64,000 nt of DNA from positions 4,216,001 to 4,280,000 of the forward strand of contig OZ176050.1 in NCBI GenBank assembly GCA_964247055.1, written 5' to 3'. The translations under genes and the position numbers were made by a program. Below are positions 37,744 through 51,906 of the stretch, in pieces. This DNA comes from Paragordius varius (Eukaryota > Animalia > Nematomorpha). Numbering within the stretch: the first letter of the stretch is position 1; every line of letters begins with the position of its first letter. The notes under the pieces are model-generated. The model was not told the DNA's origin. It ran no database searches and was given only the letters and a program-made list of their open reading frames with translations.

Positions 37744-39461
37744 ATATATTTTTTAAAAGTGTACTTTCAACTGATAATTTAAATTTCAACAATTAACGAT
37801 CTTTCCTGGAATCATATATAAAGACTTATTGAAAATTTTAAATCACAGAAAGATAAGGCTAACGAGAAAATATGGAATTTATCGAAGCAGCTTTCAGGTT
37901 CGCTGCATTATCGGTCACAATGGCATTAATTTTTAAATTTTCAATATCCTTTATAATTGGTACAATTATGTTATAGATATATTCGGCAGTCTTTGGAAAG
38001 ATGTGTCAATAGACTTAATAAAAAATGATATTTGGAATCCTTAGGCAATATAATAATTACTTGATCCCTATGAATATTGGTAAAGGAACCGACGATTAAT
38101 GAAATATTATTTTTATATATTCCATCAATTTCCATTTTTATATCTTCATAACAAGAATCTAGTAAATTGGAAATCTGTTTTCTATTTGTAGAATAATTCG
38201 GTTTTAAACTAAGAAAGTACTCCGAAAACCTTTATTTTCCACTATGTTAAGAGTTGAGGATGTAATAATAAATGCTAAATGTGTCTGGTTTATTTCTTTT
38301 TAAATACAGATTAAGACTAAAATTGAATACCTAGCTTGCTTTCGACCATCACCTTCTGTCATATAATTTATTTCATATACTTCTTTTAGATGTTTTTTCA
38401 TTTAATTTTTATTTAAATATATAGTGTAATTGCATTTCTTGCATGTAATTTGATTTTTTTTGATCGAAAATTTTTCACAAGACTGATTTTATTATGATTA
38501 GGAAAATGTGTATCATATGATATTTAAAACAAAATAATAAATTTATAAATAATATAAGGTTTTGTTTTCCTAAAAACTGTAAAATTTAAAAATTAAAAAA
38601 AATTTTTTTAATTTTACAATTTTTAGGAAAATAAAACCTTATATTATCTATATATGTATAATTTTGTTTTACTTATCATATGATACACATCTTTTCTTTA
38701 CTTCCTAATTCATAATGAAATCAGCCTTGTGGAAATTTTTCGATCCAAAAAATCAAGTTACATGCAAGAAATGCAATTACACTATATATATTTAAATAAA
38801 AACCGAATGAAGTTACATCTAAAAGAAGTTCATGAAATAAATTATATGACAGAAGGTGATGGTCAAAAGCAAGCTAATTATTTAATTTCTTAAGTTTAGT
38901 CTTAAAAATTTCTGTTTTCAAGAGAAATTAGCTAGAAACATTTAGCAAAATTTATTTTTACATCCTCAATTCTTTACATAGTTGAAAATAAACATTTATG
39001 GAGTTTCATTCATAGTTTAAACTTAATTGTGCAGAAAACAGATTCATGATATGAAGATATAAAAATAGAAGTTATTGGAATATGTAAAAATAATATTTCA
39101 TTAATTGTCAATCCCTTTACCAATATTCGTAGGGAGCAAATTAATATTATTTATTGGCCAAGGATCCCAAAAATCATTTTCTATTAACTATTGACACATC
39201 TTATCATAGTAAGACTGCCGAATGTATCTATTACATAATGGAACCAATTATAAAAGATATTCGAAATTTAAAAAATTAATGCCATTGTGACCGATAATGC
39301 AGCGAACCTGAAAGCTGCTTCGATAAATTCCATATTTTTTTGTTAGCCTTATCTTTTTGTGATTTAAAACTTTCTATGAGTCTTTATGTATGATTCCAGG
39401 AAAGATCGTTAATTGTTGAAATTTAAATTATCAGTTGAAAGTACACTTTTAAAAAATACAT
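37744..39461. mobile_element. Spacer-less palindrome of a hAT transposase 5' region (fold-back element)
   Basis: Arms of about 860 bp meet at 38602/38603; the right arm encodes broken BED-finger (SALWKFFD...VTCKKC...MKLHLKEVH) and hAT core peptides (FTNIRRE, IDTSYHSKTAE, NAIVTDNAANLKAA). Confidence 0.88.
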
Positions 39462-40931
39462 TTTTGTATCGACAAATAATAATTTGCGCCTGAGATCCTT
39501 ATTAACCTTTTTGTTTCTAGTTTCATTTTTTAATTAACCATGGCTGAGAATTTATTTTCTCTATATCTGTTGATCCAAAAGGTGTCAAAGTAAAGCAATT
39601 TGAGATTATTAGATACAGGTATTTTTTTATCCATAATAATTCGATATTAACATTAATAAGGTCATTTTAATAGTTGATTTCAATTCTAATTCATTTTCCT
39701 ATACTTTTATCGAATTACATCAACTGCTCAGATAAATGTGGAAAATATTTAGCACAGGTTTTAAAAGCTATTATATTTTTTTATTGATATTCATTAGATA
39801 CCAGTAAAAATAATTATATGTGTTAATCAGACTATAATTACTTCCCAATACTGTAACTTAATTTAAATCAAAAAATTCAAATATACAGTTATTAAATAAT
39901 AGTAAACTTATTTATTAACATAAATTTAAGGTGGTTGGTTATTCCAAATTTTTCGCGCACTCCTCCCCTTTTTCTACGCCCCATTTTGGGTACCACTGGT
40001 GTAAACGGTATAAAACACTAATGATATTTTAAAAACACCTTTTTCTACGCAATAATGCTATTTCTATCACCTCAAATTTTTAGTAAAATAACTACATTCA
40101 TTTTAAATGATTTTTTGTTCAAAATATATTCATACAACTTAATACAATGTGGGCAAATTTTGCTATTTTCAGATATGGAGCAGTTACCACAAAGTTGGTA
40201 AATTTCTGTTAAATATTAAAGATAAAAATTTATTAAAACCAAATAATTATAAATTACAACACAATAATGAAAATAATGTATATTCTATTTTTGAAAATAT
40301 AGAATAAAAATATGATAATAACTAACACAATCTCACTAACATCTCTCTATCTCGCAAAACAAATTGACGCACATCCGAGATGTGTGGGAGATTCACTAAA
40401 CCATCGGCGATCACTAACGAACAACTTCTCATTTTTGCCAACCCATACAGCTTGCTTCGGATGAATTTTTTTACAAGTTCTAAAAGCCTTCCGAATCGAA
40501 AGAATTAACTAACTTCTGAGCTTCCAGCCAAAAAAACTATCGCAGGACATTCCTTTATTTGTAATAATATCGTTTCATCAGGATATTGTTTTTGGCCACT
40601 AAATATATATTAATTTTCATCAAAAGGTGCATCATGATTCTTTGGCGCCTTAGGTTTTGGCCCTTACGAGCGATGTTATCACACTTTAGACGCAATTCCA
40701 AACAAAAAATCGTAGTATATCAGAGTTCACAAAAAATTTTGGGAAAAAATTTCAGGCGTCTGTGAAATCGTTTCGACTGCCTGGAAAAATATTTGACTGA
40801 TGGGAAATAAATAGAATTCATATAATTTATATTTATTTGTAGTGATATAATTTATTGAATAAAGAGTGCAAAATAACATAAATTGTAAAAAAAAAATACA
40901 TTAATATATGAAAAATTTATATAATTTTTTC

Positions 40932-43900
40932 TTATATATCAATAATTTTGAATGATTTTGCTAAATCATCATAATTTTTGTCAAGATAAACTGATATCAT
41001 ATCCTTAACCGTTTCATATTGCTTAAAAACTAGCGGATTAAATGGGGTTGTCGAATCTTTCTTTTCATTAATTTGCTGTACCAATTTTTCAACTTTAGCC
41101 ATGGTTTCATTGATAAATGATTTTGGAAACTATAATTCAAAACATATAATTAAAAAAATGAGAAAATGCGCGTTATAAAATTGATAAAATATAAAGAAAA
41201 AACAATATGTGATATTAACGGTTTAAAAAATCGCATTTATTAAAAAACAGCTAAGTTTTATGCAAATCAGGGGTGCCAATACAAATAGCTTAATGGGTTT
41301 CAATAATTCAGATTTGTTGTTTTTTAGTTCAAATTTAAAAAATATTTAAAAATTATCCATATTATTTTATAAACTTTCTTTAAAATCTTTTACCAGACGC
41401 ACAAAGGATAATTAAGAGTTGTGCAATGGACACCCCTAATTTAAAAACATGTGGGACAACTTTATCAAGATTAGACGGTGAAAATTAAATAATATCCAAA
41501 AATACCAAATCTTCCCTGTCTTCTTGTTGCAAAAGATAAGCATGTGAAAGAATCTCCGTAAACAATTGAATTTTTACATCCATATTCATACAATGTTCTG
41601 TTATGGTTAACGCTTTATTTAAACAGGCTGAAACTTTGGATTGATCTTTAATCTAACAACAAAGTAATAATTATTATAAAATTATGTTTAACATAAAGGT
41701 AAACCTTTTTTTGTAAAAAAACATGAAAACTCATAAAAAATTCAAATCACATAGATATGAAAGAATTCTAAATGAATACTAATAACGAAATCATCAGATC
41801 TAAATACTTATATTTGCGAAAAAATTAATAATACTTATGAGCATAAATAATATTAAAAATAAAAAAATATTTTTTAACAAAAAGTGTTAAATAAAAAAGT
41901 CAATTCACAAAAATAGTAAGCATAAAGGGTGATATGACTAAATATAGCTTTGAAAGAATAGATATGTTTTTTTTCTATGTTTTTTACAAACAATTTTAAT
42001 GCACAACGCGAAGGTTTAAGTTTGAATTTTTTATTCAGCAATAATCAAGTTTGGGAAAAAATGTGTACATGTATATTGTTGTAATTTTTAACGTTACAAC
42101 ATATTTTATATATATTTATTCAAAAGCAAATGATTTATAGTATTTTTTTATATTGTTTTTGAAAATAAAACTATGATAGAATACCCTAATAATCTTCAAA
42201 GATTTATCCATATTGTTATTGTCAGAGTTTCCTTCAATTTCCAGCATGTGCGTCGACCAATATATGTGTACGATAAGACAATAGGCACGCGCTTGATCAG
42301 GCTTTTTAAGCAATTTAGAAACGGATGAAAAGCACTAGAAATAATTAAAATAATTTAAATGTTTTTTTCAGGTATTTAAGCCAAAACCGGTTTAAATATC
42401 AGTTTTAGGTAAATTGTTATACAACAAAACAGTTTTAAGATAAATGGTTTCGACCCCCAAGATTGTTTGGCCCAAATAATTTATTTTAGGTTTCTTTTGC
42501 CATTATTTTAGTTCCAATTTTAAATTAACAAATATGACTTATCCATAAATAAAGAAACAAAAACTACCTCATGTTAAAAGAGTATGAATATACAAATGTA
42601 ACCTTAAAGTAAAAACCGGATCCCCGTGATTATTATTAGGAGAAAAATTACTTAATAATAAATAAAATGAAATATATAAAAATTAAATTACATCTTAGAA
42701 AATATTTCAATAAAAAAACATTTATTAATTTGTGGATTACTTGTCGTCTGAGAGATTCATGATTTTCTTGCATGAAACATGTCAAGCCATAAAACGTACC
42801 AATTATTAAATTTAAGCATGTAAGCAAAATTTTGCTATCGCTGATATCATCTTCAAAAATGGAAAAACACTAAATAATGGTAAAATAGAGTTTGAAATTG
42901 AAAAATAAGGATTAAATATTTTTTTTAAATTCTCAAAAAACGGTTGAATCGGTCAAGGTTGTGTAATAATTGATCTAAAAAACATTTATTATTCCACTTA
43001 TTTTATTCTTAATAATTACAACAATAATAAATATATTCAGCCATATCTATTCCAATATTTGTTTGAAAGCAAGAGAGTGAAATCAATGTTTATATGCAAA
43101 ATTTAACATTTTGCAGTATTTTATAAAGATGCATAATTTAAGCGTTAAAATTGCTACAAAATTTGAAAAAAATGATAATAACTTTGTTAAAAATAAAATT
43201 AATTTAAAACACCTAAAATTTAACAAAAATCATATTGTAGAAATATAAATTAAGTGTTGTTAGTATAACTTGACTCATATATTCATAGGCTATGCTTTCA
43301 AACTTTTCATAATGTCCAATATTTTGGAGATTCTTAAAACTTTTTTCGCTATTCTTTTCACCATCCTCATTTGAGGATGGTATGGATTTTCGTTTAAAAG
43401 CTGTTTTAATAATCATATCCACACACTGAGTAGCTTGAAGATAAAGTTTAAGTGCAATTTCAAACAATTCTTTTTCGCTCAAGGCAAATATAGCAGTGTG
43501 CATGAATGTTGTCATATTAGTTAGTTGTGTGACAAAATCATCTTCTGGAATCTGATGTATAAAATAAATTTCTAAAATAGTTGTGGAATTAATATATAAA
43601 TGATAACGAGTTATTAACAATACAAAGAATAAACAATTCCGAACACCATTAATAAATGATATCAAATATTTGAACACTTGATTTTAATTTTCAGTTAATT
43701 TTTGTTTAAAAAATTTAAAAAAATAACACATTTACGAACCCATATTTTAATGGATAAATAAAAACGCAATTTTTTTCACTATAAATAAGGCATAAATAAT
43801 CAAGAAAATAATCTTATAAAAAGTTCCAAAACTGCACCTTACAAATATAAAATATTCAAAAATAAAACGGGATTGTGATTATTGACAAACCTCTGATTGA

Positions 43901-46900
43901 TTAGTTGATGAATCAGTATTAAAATGATTGCGTAAAATATCTTGAATAATATCTATAACAGAGAAAATGATAGCGGGCACACTGTACTTTAGCTTTAGAT
44001 ACAAAGTGGGTGAGGCCGATAAATTTTCAAAGAATGTATACACTTTTTGCATAATCTAAAATAATAATTGTCAGTAGTAGTTAGTAATAACAATAAAAAT
44101 AGTGTAAAAATGTACTCTGATTAAAACTGTATAAACGGAAAAAGTTAACTAAAAATTAAAGAAATGGGACAAAATAGTTTATAATTTTTTTTCAAAAAAT
44201 TTTTATTTGCCATTGATAAAATATCATATTGTAGGAGTCAATTTTAATTGTTTGCATAATATAATAATCGTTCAAAGGTAACATGTGATGGTCAACACAG
44301 CATATAATTAAAATAAATAGATTGAAAAACTATTTCCACAATTATTAACGTTTGAGGATTATAAACTTTATTTAGTACACATATACTTGGAAATTTGATT
44401 GTGCCCTTTTGAAAGATTCTGTTGATTTGTTTTGATTTTCTGTATTATCCATATTTGCAACATGGAATAATTTAAAAAGTTTGGCCAATTCGATTTGTGC
44501 ATCATTTTCATCCGATTCCTCATTGTTTGTGCTTAATAGAATTAAAAGAATTATTTTTTAATAAATTTGATAAAATTTCAAAACCATGTTATTTAACATT
44601 AATCGTTTAAACATCCATTTTAAAATTTATTGATAGCTGTCTTGAATAAGTTTATGATAACATTAATTTACTGAGTATTTTCATGTATATAATTGTCAAA
44701 GTCTATAACTGGACTAAATTAATTACAAATCAGTTTAAACAACCCAGGAAATAAGCCATAAAAACTTTATTACAGTTTTAATAATTATTAGCAAACATGA
44801 TAATTATAAAAAGTTGTTAAAAACTAAAACCTAAAAAGATTTATGAAATAACATTACCTAATAAATGGTGGATTGACAAGAGTGCCTGTATTTGGTTCTT
44901 CTCTAATTACTGCCGTGGGTATGTATCGATATAGAGGCTCAACCAAATGCATTACATCATTGACCTATTAGGAATAATATTTCCGCAAAAAATAATTAAA
45001 ATTTTAGAATATATATATATATATATATATATATAGAAAATTATAACGATCGATATTTTAGGTATGAGCTTCGGTAAAGTTTAATAAACAAATTTGACTG
45101 CTTAAATTATGCAGCCATTCATGGTCATAAACAGTCATCAATATATAATAATATAGTGTTTAAGGACAACAAAATAAAGTTAACCGTTCAAATCGCTTTG
45201 ATAAAATCATATAATGGCATAATTCAAATTTTACAATTTATTTCACTACAAATTTAACATCATTGTGTATATAAATTTAAATCACCCGATAAACACATTT
45301 TTAAAGGTATTAAACTGTTAGTATTAATTAAGTCTAATTTGATAAAATAAAAACCTTAATATAGTTATTAACAATTTCTAACTTGGAGCGAATAATTTTA
45401 AGAATCTCCTAATCATTAATTTTTTCTTTCCATTTAAAAATTCAACTCAAATAATATATAACCTGTTCGATGGTGCTAATAGATTTTCCCAATTCTAAAA
45501 ATTTATCCACAATGTAAACACAAACATCGAGGGAGCCTGGTTTATCAAAGTATCTCAGGATGCGTGTCATATACTTAAGTCGAGTTAAACGCAATAAATC
45601 GGCCATTTCGAAATAGGCATCGACTATGCATTTTACAGTTTTTGTCAGCTCTCGACACAGTGGAGATGCATTATGTATTCTGGATTTATGAAAGAATGTT
45701 GTGTGTTAACAACAATATTATTTAATATTTGTATATAATGAAAACTAGAAAATGGATAAAAAAGAGGTCATAAAAATAAAACTATATTAATTTAAAATGT
45801 TATTACCATTATTTGGATAAAAAATATTATAAAATCATTTGTTTATAGGTATTAACGTCGAATTTTTTATTGATCATAAAAAATTAAAAAAAAATATATT
45901 TATTTATTATGTTAGTCGGAAGATTTTTAATCAAATGTGTTAATATATATATGTGCATAGTAAAGAAAGATCTGTTACGAACTGAATACTTAAAAGCACT
46001 ATGCTATCTGGCAACTAAAATGTTATACTGAATTTTTTAACCTACGTTTAGTTTGTAAGTTTATATTTAATATCGCTTGATATAAATTACATACAAAATA
46101 TATTAAAACAAATTAATAATAACTCTTTTTAAAATCCAATTTCTGTCTCATTAAAAATAAACTTAATAAATATAAACTTTGATATATGAAGTTTATCGAA
46201 CATGGTTGAAATAGTGTTTAAACAACGATCCATATACTCCAATTGATCAGGATAACAAGTTAAAGCCAGATTGATTAAACAATTTTGCAAAGAAACCGTA
46301 TCCTCGGGTGTGATGGTAATGTTTTTACTCTAAAACGCATGTTAACATGAAAAAATTGTCATCAATGATAAATGCATTAAATCCATAGATAATTTAAAGG
46401 CCTTAATGTTTTAAACCATAACATTCGAGATACTAAATAAAATACGTATTTAAATGTTCAGTGGGAAAATGTTTTATAGACATATTAGATTCAAACAAAA
46501 TATGTCCGAAATGAAAATAAAAATCATTCAAAAAAATAATGCTATCAGTACAATTACCATCTTTTTGATCAATATATATAAAATGGTTTTTAAATAAAAA
46601 ATTGTATGTATTTTTACGACAATACAACATTCTGTTTTTTATATTCTTATTTAAATAAATAAATAGATAAATAAGTACAATCATTACACTTAATTATTGT
46701 TTATACCCTATATCCAAATTAAATTAATACGATATTTTTTAATATTAATAATTTAATTTATATACCTGCAAAATATTAAAAATTTGTTCGGCAAAAACAT
46801 CAAACAGCTTAGTGTCCTTTCCAACTACCAATGCCTCTGGCCCTTCATTATGAGCATAAGAGGTTAAACTAAAATAAAAAAACGTAAAATATAAATTAAA

Positions 46901-49900
46901 ATTAATAGTTCTATAATATAAGCAAAATAATTGTTAAAAATACTGTAAAAATTATTTAACGCTTGATTAATATTAAACTATAACTATACAAAAAAATATA
47001 TTTTATCTCAGAGTTAAATGCAAAAAATATTAACTTATTATAAAAATCATATGGAAAAAAATCTAACAAAAAGAAAATTATTTTATAAAATTATACCGAT
47101 TAATTAAGCTAATCATTATATTTTTAACTTTGACTTCGGGTTGAAGTTGGGAACAGGCTTTGAGAAAACTCGTTAAAGTAGCAAGGTGAAATTCATCTGG
47201 AAACACCTAAATTCAATAAAAAAATATTTTTAAAAATTAATTTATATTAGCAACAAAAACAAAAATTATTTCTATTAAAAATTTAACCACTAAAATTTAT
47301 TGATCTGAAAAATATTTTTTTGCAATAAAAATGTGTATTACTATTGCATTATATTAATAAATACCACCTGTATAATGCACTCCATAATATATTCTTGGGC
47401 TATAACATCCCGGCAACTTACGATTTGTTCCAAAATACCAGGTAATATTTTCTAATAAAAAATCAAATTTAAATTTTAACATAATAAACATATTTTTATT
47501 CAAATTTTCTGCCTAAAATTTTCACGGTTATGTATCTTTTGTTTATACATATATTCAAATATTATATTATCCAAAATCAAACATTTAATCCTTTTATATG
47601 ATGCCTATACCAGAGGACTCACTAAAAAATTTAAAAGACAGCACCGTAGAATCATAAAATACCGACAAATATTTCATAGCTCTTTGAAACTCAAACAGAT
47701 ATTTAGATTATAAATAAGCACGTAAAAAAGTTGAATGAATAATTTAGGGCCTTAAAAAAATTTTAGGGCTGCATACCGGTTTGATACTGGCCCATGCTAT
47801 CGACACATAAATAAGTTAACAGTCTATTGTATTAATTAAACTTTTAAGGTTAAAATATTAAAAATTTACTCTTGAATATTCTTCAATGCCTATACTATCA
47901 AGTTCACAAATGCGAACCAAATTTTTAATTTATCCCGTATTAAATATAGGTATTAAGGTTTAATTAAGATCACCCTTCCATATTCTTCAATAGTTTTATT
48001 TATATTTTCTAGTATAAAATTAAGTTATTTTTATTTTCTTCTGGTATGATCAAAAATTAGACCATTTAAGGCATAATTTAATTACCCTTCAATATTCTCC
48101 AAAGCCAATACTATCAAGTTTATTAATATAAAGCCTGACATTTTCCAAAACCTAAAAACTTATACCCTTTAAAATGAAATTCCCTTTTCGGTATATATTT
48201 AATCCGAACCAATATAAACTATATGATTTGAATCACAAGAATTACCCTTCGATATTCTTCAATGCCTATACTATCGAGTTCACTAATGCGAACTAAATTA
48301 GTCCCAACGAGTAAACGTAAGTCTCTGCGTTCAGCTTCGCGTCTTTCACGTTCCTTACTGTGGCCCAAATGTTGCATTCTCACCCAAAGTTTATTCATTT
48401 CCGCAAAGTTGGCAAGGAGAAAATCTATCGAATCTAAAACACTACCATTATTCATGATTCTGGGATCGGTAAAGTTTGAATTGGCGTTTCCTAGCGATTC
48501 TGTATGCGAATGATTTCCTAAATCATAAAGAAATAGTTTTCTCAATAAAAATAAAATAATATAAATTAAGCTTTTGTTATCATTAAATTTCACACATTAT
48601 TTTCCCTTAGTGTTTTTTTATTTACAAAAGAAAATTTAACATATTTTCAAAAATAATTTTATACGTCAAAATGAAGTATATACCATGTTTTAGAGTGAAG
48701 TAGTTAAATGAAAGTAAAAAAATGACAAAAAAAATTAAGGGTCTATATAATCTTGGATTGATCAAGAAATAAAATAGTTTAACAAAATTATCATAAAGTG
48801 ATATATTAGAGTATCTTGACTTTAATATGCATGTCATAATTAAAACGTATATTTATATACAACAAAGAATAAATTTAAGTTGAAGACAAATTATTTTGTT
48901 TTAATTATAGTAGCTATGTTTTTAAATAAAGGCGAGTTAACAAGCTAAAAACTGTCCCCTGCTTATATCAATGGTATTTTTTTCCTTTCATATATCCCTT
49001 ATAATTATAGATTAATTGACACACATCTCCATACTTTACAACCATAAAAACAAAAAAGCAAAACACAGTTGACAATAAAAACAACAGCCTATTTAATTTT
49101 ATAGTTCATTTTGAAAAACTTAAATTTTGCTTTTATTTTTACACTTATAAACTTTGCTAAAGAGTTTTTACCATTCAATGCTGGATTATGGACATCGTTG
49201 GAAACCCCATTAGTAATGGTATTAGGATCAGGAACTTTAACAAAACTTTTCATGTGATTATCATCGTCAAAATCGTCCTCATCTCGTATAGTTTGCATTT
49301 CAGTAACAGTTGATAAGTTACCATTTTTGGTTTGCAAATCATCTGAACTAAACCAACAATTAAATGCATTGATTAGATGAAATTATATATAAATTATTGT
49401 GCATAATTAAGTGGGATAAAGATTTTAAAGTTTACGATGAGACTATATTATTGATGTAAATATTAGCTTGTAAATAAGAGAAATTTATGATAAAATATTT
49501 GAAAGTACCCTTTAAAAAAATAATTAAATAAAAAAATGTTCAATTATATATAAACCAAAAAGACAAAGTTTTTATACAATTTTTCATGATAAAATGCCAA
49601 ATACTAATGTGACTAATCTTATAACTCTTTTCCAAATTTTACCTGAATCAGAATCATTGTAAAAATCCCAATTAAAAAATATAAAATATACAATTTAGAG
49701 TCTATTATTCCTTATAAACATTAACGGCGACTTAAATTTTAGCAGGATAGAGCTTTAACGCTCGCCTGCACAGTGCCATTTTAAATAGAAAATAAAAAAT
49801 TTTAGATATTAAATGGTTACATATGATCTCCTTTATCATTTTTATCTGCGGCAGGAAAAGTAGAATCTGGGGTAGGGGAAAGCGATACGGCGCCTTTAAC

Positions 49901-50520
49901 ATCGGGTAAAATATTTCGTAGTGATTGAAGCAAATAATAACGTAGAAATAATCCTCGCAAAGGATGTTGAACACCTCGACACATTTCAACCAGATCTCTT
50001 ATGACTTCGGAGCGGCGTTGTAATCCGACATTACTAGTTGGATCCAAACTTTTGATGTATACAATGCCGACAGTAATAAGTAGATATCTGATTTTTTTTT
50101 AAAATGCAATTTGAGACAAAATTATAAAAAAAATAAAATAATATACAATCTTGGCACGATGTTTCCCGCATATTGAACCAATTCATAAACGTCAGTAATT
50201 TTTACATTCCTTTTAACTTCTTCGCTCAAAAAATCTTCCAGAAAATGCAGCTCATCAACAACCGTCATATCTAAAAAATTATATTTAATAATGTTTGTAC
50301 ATAAGGCATAATAGGCTTTTGGAGATAAATCCGACGTCCTTAATTCATTGAGCATGGTTGAACAAAATTTTAGGCCATCCATCAGCTTAAGTCGTTCCTA
50401 AAATATTATTGGCATGCTTACGAAACAATTTTTCATATTTGTGGCATAAGTCCTTACATTGATCAGGGCATTATTTAATAAATGATCCTCATTTTCACTA
50501 TTATAAATTGGGGCTACCAT
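40932..50520 (-). CDS. VPS35: Retromer subunit VPS35, 19 exons
   Basis: Exons 50422-50520, 50301-50397, 50147-50270, 49821-50087, 49172-49347, 48246-48517, 47368-47451, 47097-47206, 46766-46868, 46178-46329, 45463-45679, 44858-44964, 44387-44531, 43891-44055, 43270-43551, 42741-42869, 42185-42334, 41506-41652, 40932-41129; motifs [70 protein letters not shown]. Confidence 0.96.
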
Positions 50521-50880
50521 AATGAATGTTTTTTAATTTTAATATGTTTTTAGTGTATGTGTGATCGCATCGCGTGTATTCATAAGTCAGCGCTAGTTGA
50601 GTAATTTTTTATTTAGGTCTATAACGAGTATTATCATGAATTTAGACTTTATTCGGTAATTTTTTTATGATTTAAAAAATTTTTTTTGTTAAAATATGGC
50701 TTTTTTTAAAAATTTAGCTTTCGATTTTGTAATTTTATAGAATTTAACACTTTATCTTTTGAGTAGTTTTATACCATACGGCTGGTATTAGCCCAAATTT
50801 TTTTCTTTAGACTTTTGAACGCAATAAAAAAAAGTAAAATTGTAAAAAAATCCTCAAATTTTTTCGTTGACATTATTTTT

Positions 50881-51284
50881 TTAAACTTGGATAGCCTTGA
50901 TTCAAATTGAGGTAGTTACCCTTTGTTTAAAATTAAATATTAGGGGTATAACCCAAAGTTAAGAATCAAAATGATATGTGTGCATAAGTTAAAATATAAT
51001 ACAAAATGTACCAATTTTCTGTTTATATCAATGTTAAATGACATTATAATAAAAAAGTAAACTGAATTTTAGGAATATCAATAAACACGATTTTTGAAAT
51101 GGCGCCTATGTAGTTTGATCGGAACTTTTTTCCCAAAAAATTTATTTTATTATGGCTATTTATATAATTTTTATTAAAATAAAAGCAAAAATTTAATTTC
51201 GAAACGTTTCTTTTATAAATTTTTAAAAATATCAATTAAAAAATATTTTGAAATATAGTACCCCAATTTGAATCGAAGTGTTAA
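50881..51284. mobile_element. piggyBac-type MITE, copy G (degenerate, internally deleted)
   Basis: TTAA-ACTTGGATAG...TTGATTCAAATTGAGGTAG...CCCCAATTTGAATCGAAGTG-TTAA. Confidence 0.7.
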
Positions 51285-51906
51285 ATCCTCAAAAATACGG
51301 CTGGCCGAATGCAAGAAATACATGGGCCTAAAACATATTTTATTAAATTTCATACATAAGAGAGTGATGAATAATATCTACGATTTATTTACCCAATTCT
51401 AGTTTGTTGCTTAATACGGTAAAATATTAAAATTATACAAGATTCAAAATCATATATTTTGCAAATGATGGGATTTCGTACATATTATTCCGGGCTTCAA
51501 AAATTAGTGAAGGAATGAGGTCTTAATGATGAAGACCCTAGTTATACATGCCTGATTCTACTATCAATAAAATTATTGGCTGTTTGATTCAAGTGTGAGC
51601 CTATCTAAATTTAGAGAAGTTGTAATTAAATTGCGACTCTCGGGATGGATGCGGCTCTAACAGTGCTTTTTTTACCTTTGAATTATTAATTTTTTTTATG
51701 ATACACTACTTTAAAAATGAAATCTATATATGTCAAAACACTAGGCAATTGTTTTTATGGTTCACGGCCTATGAGGCAAGAAAATTTTTTTATCCAGCCT
51801 TACAAAAGTTGAATACAATAAGAGTCTAGCTCTGGAATTTACTAAATCCCTCGTTCATGCGTTATGGGCCTGAAAATTTTCTGACACGCCACCCTTTACT
51901 TGACAC

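Noticed and set aside
39520-40600. Short exon-like segments with GT/AG borders and a GC-richer patch at 40340-40600
   Set aside because: I could not assemble a consistent open frame or recognise a protein; it may be a decayed gene or transposon. Left unannotated.
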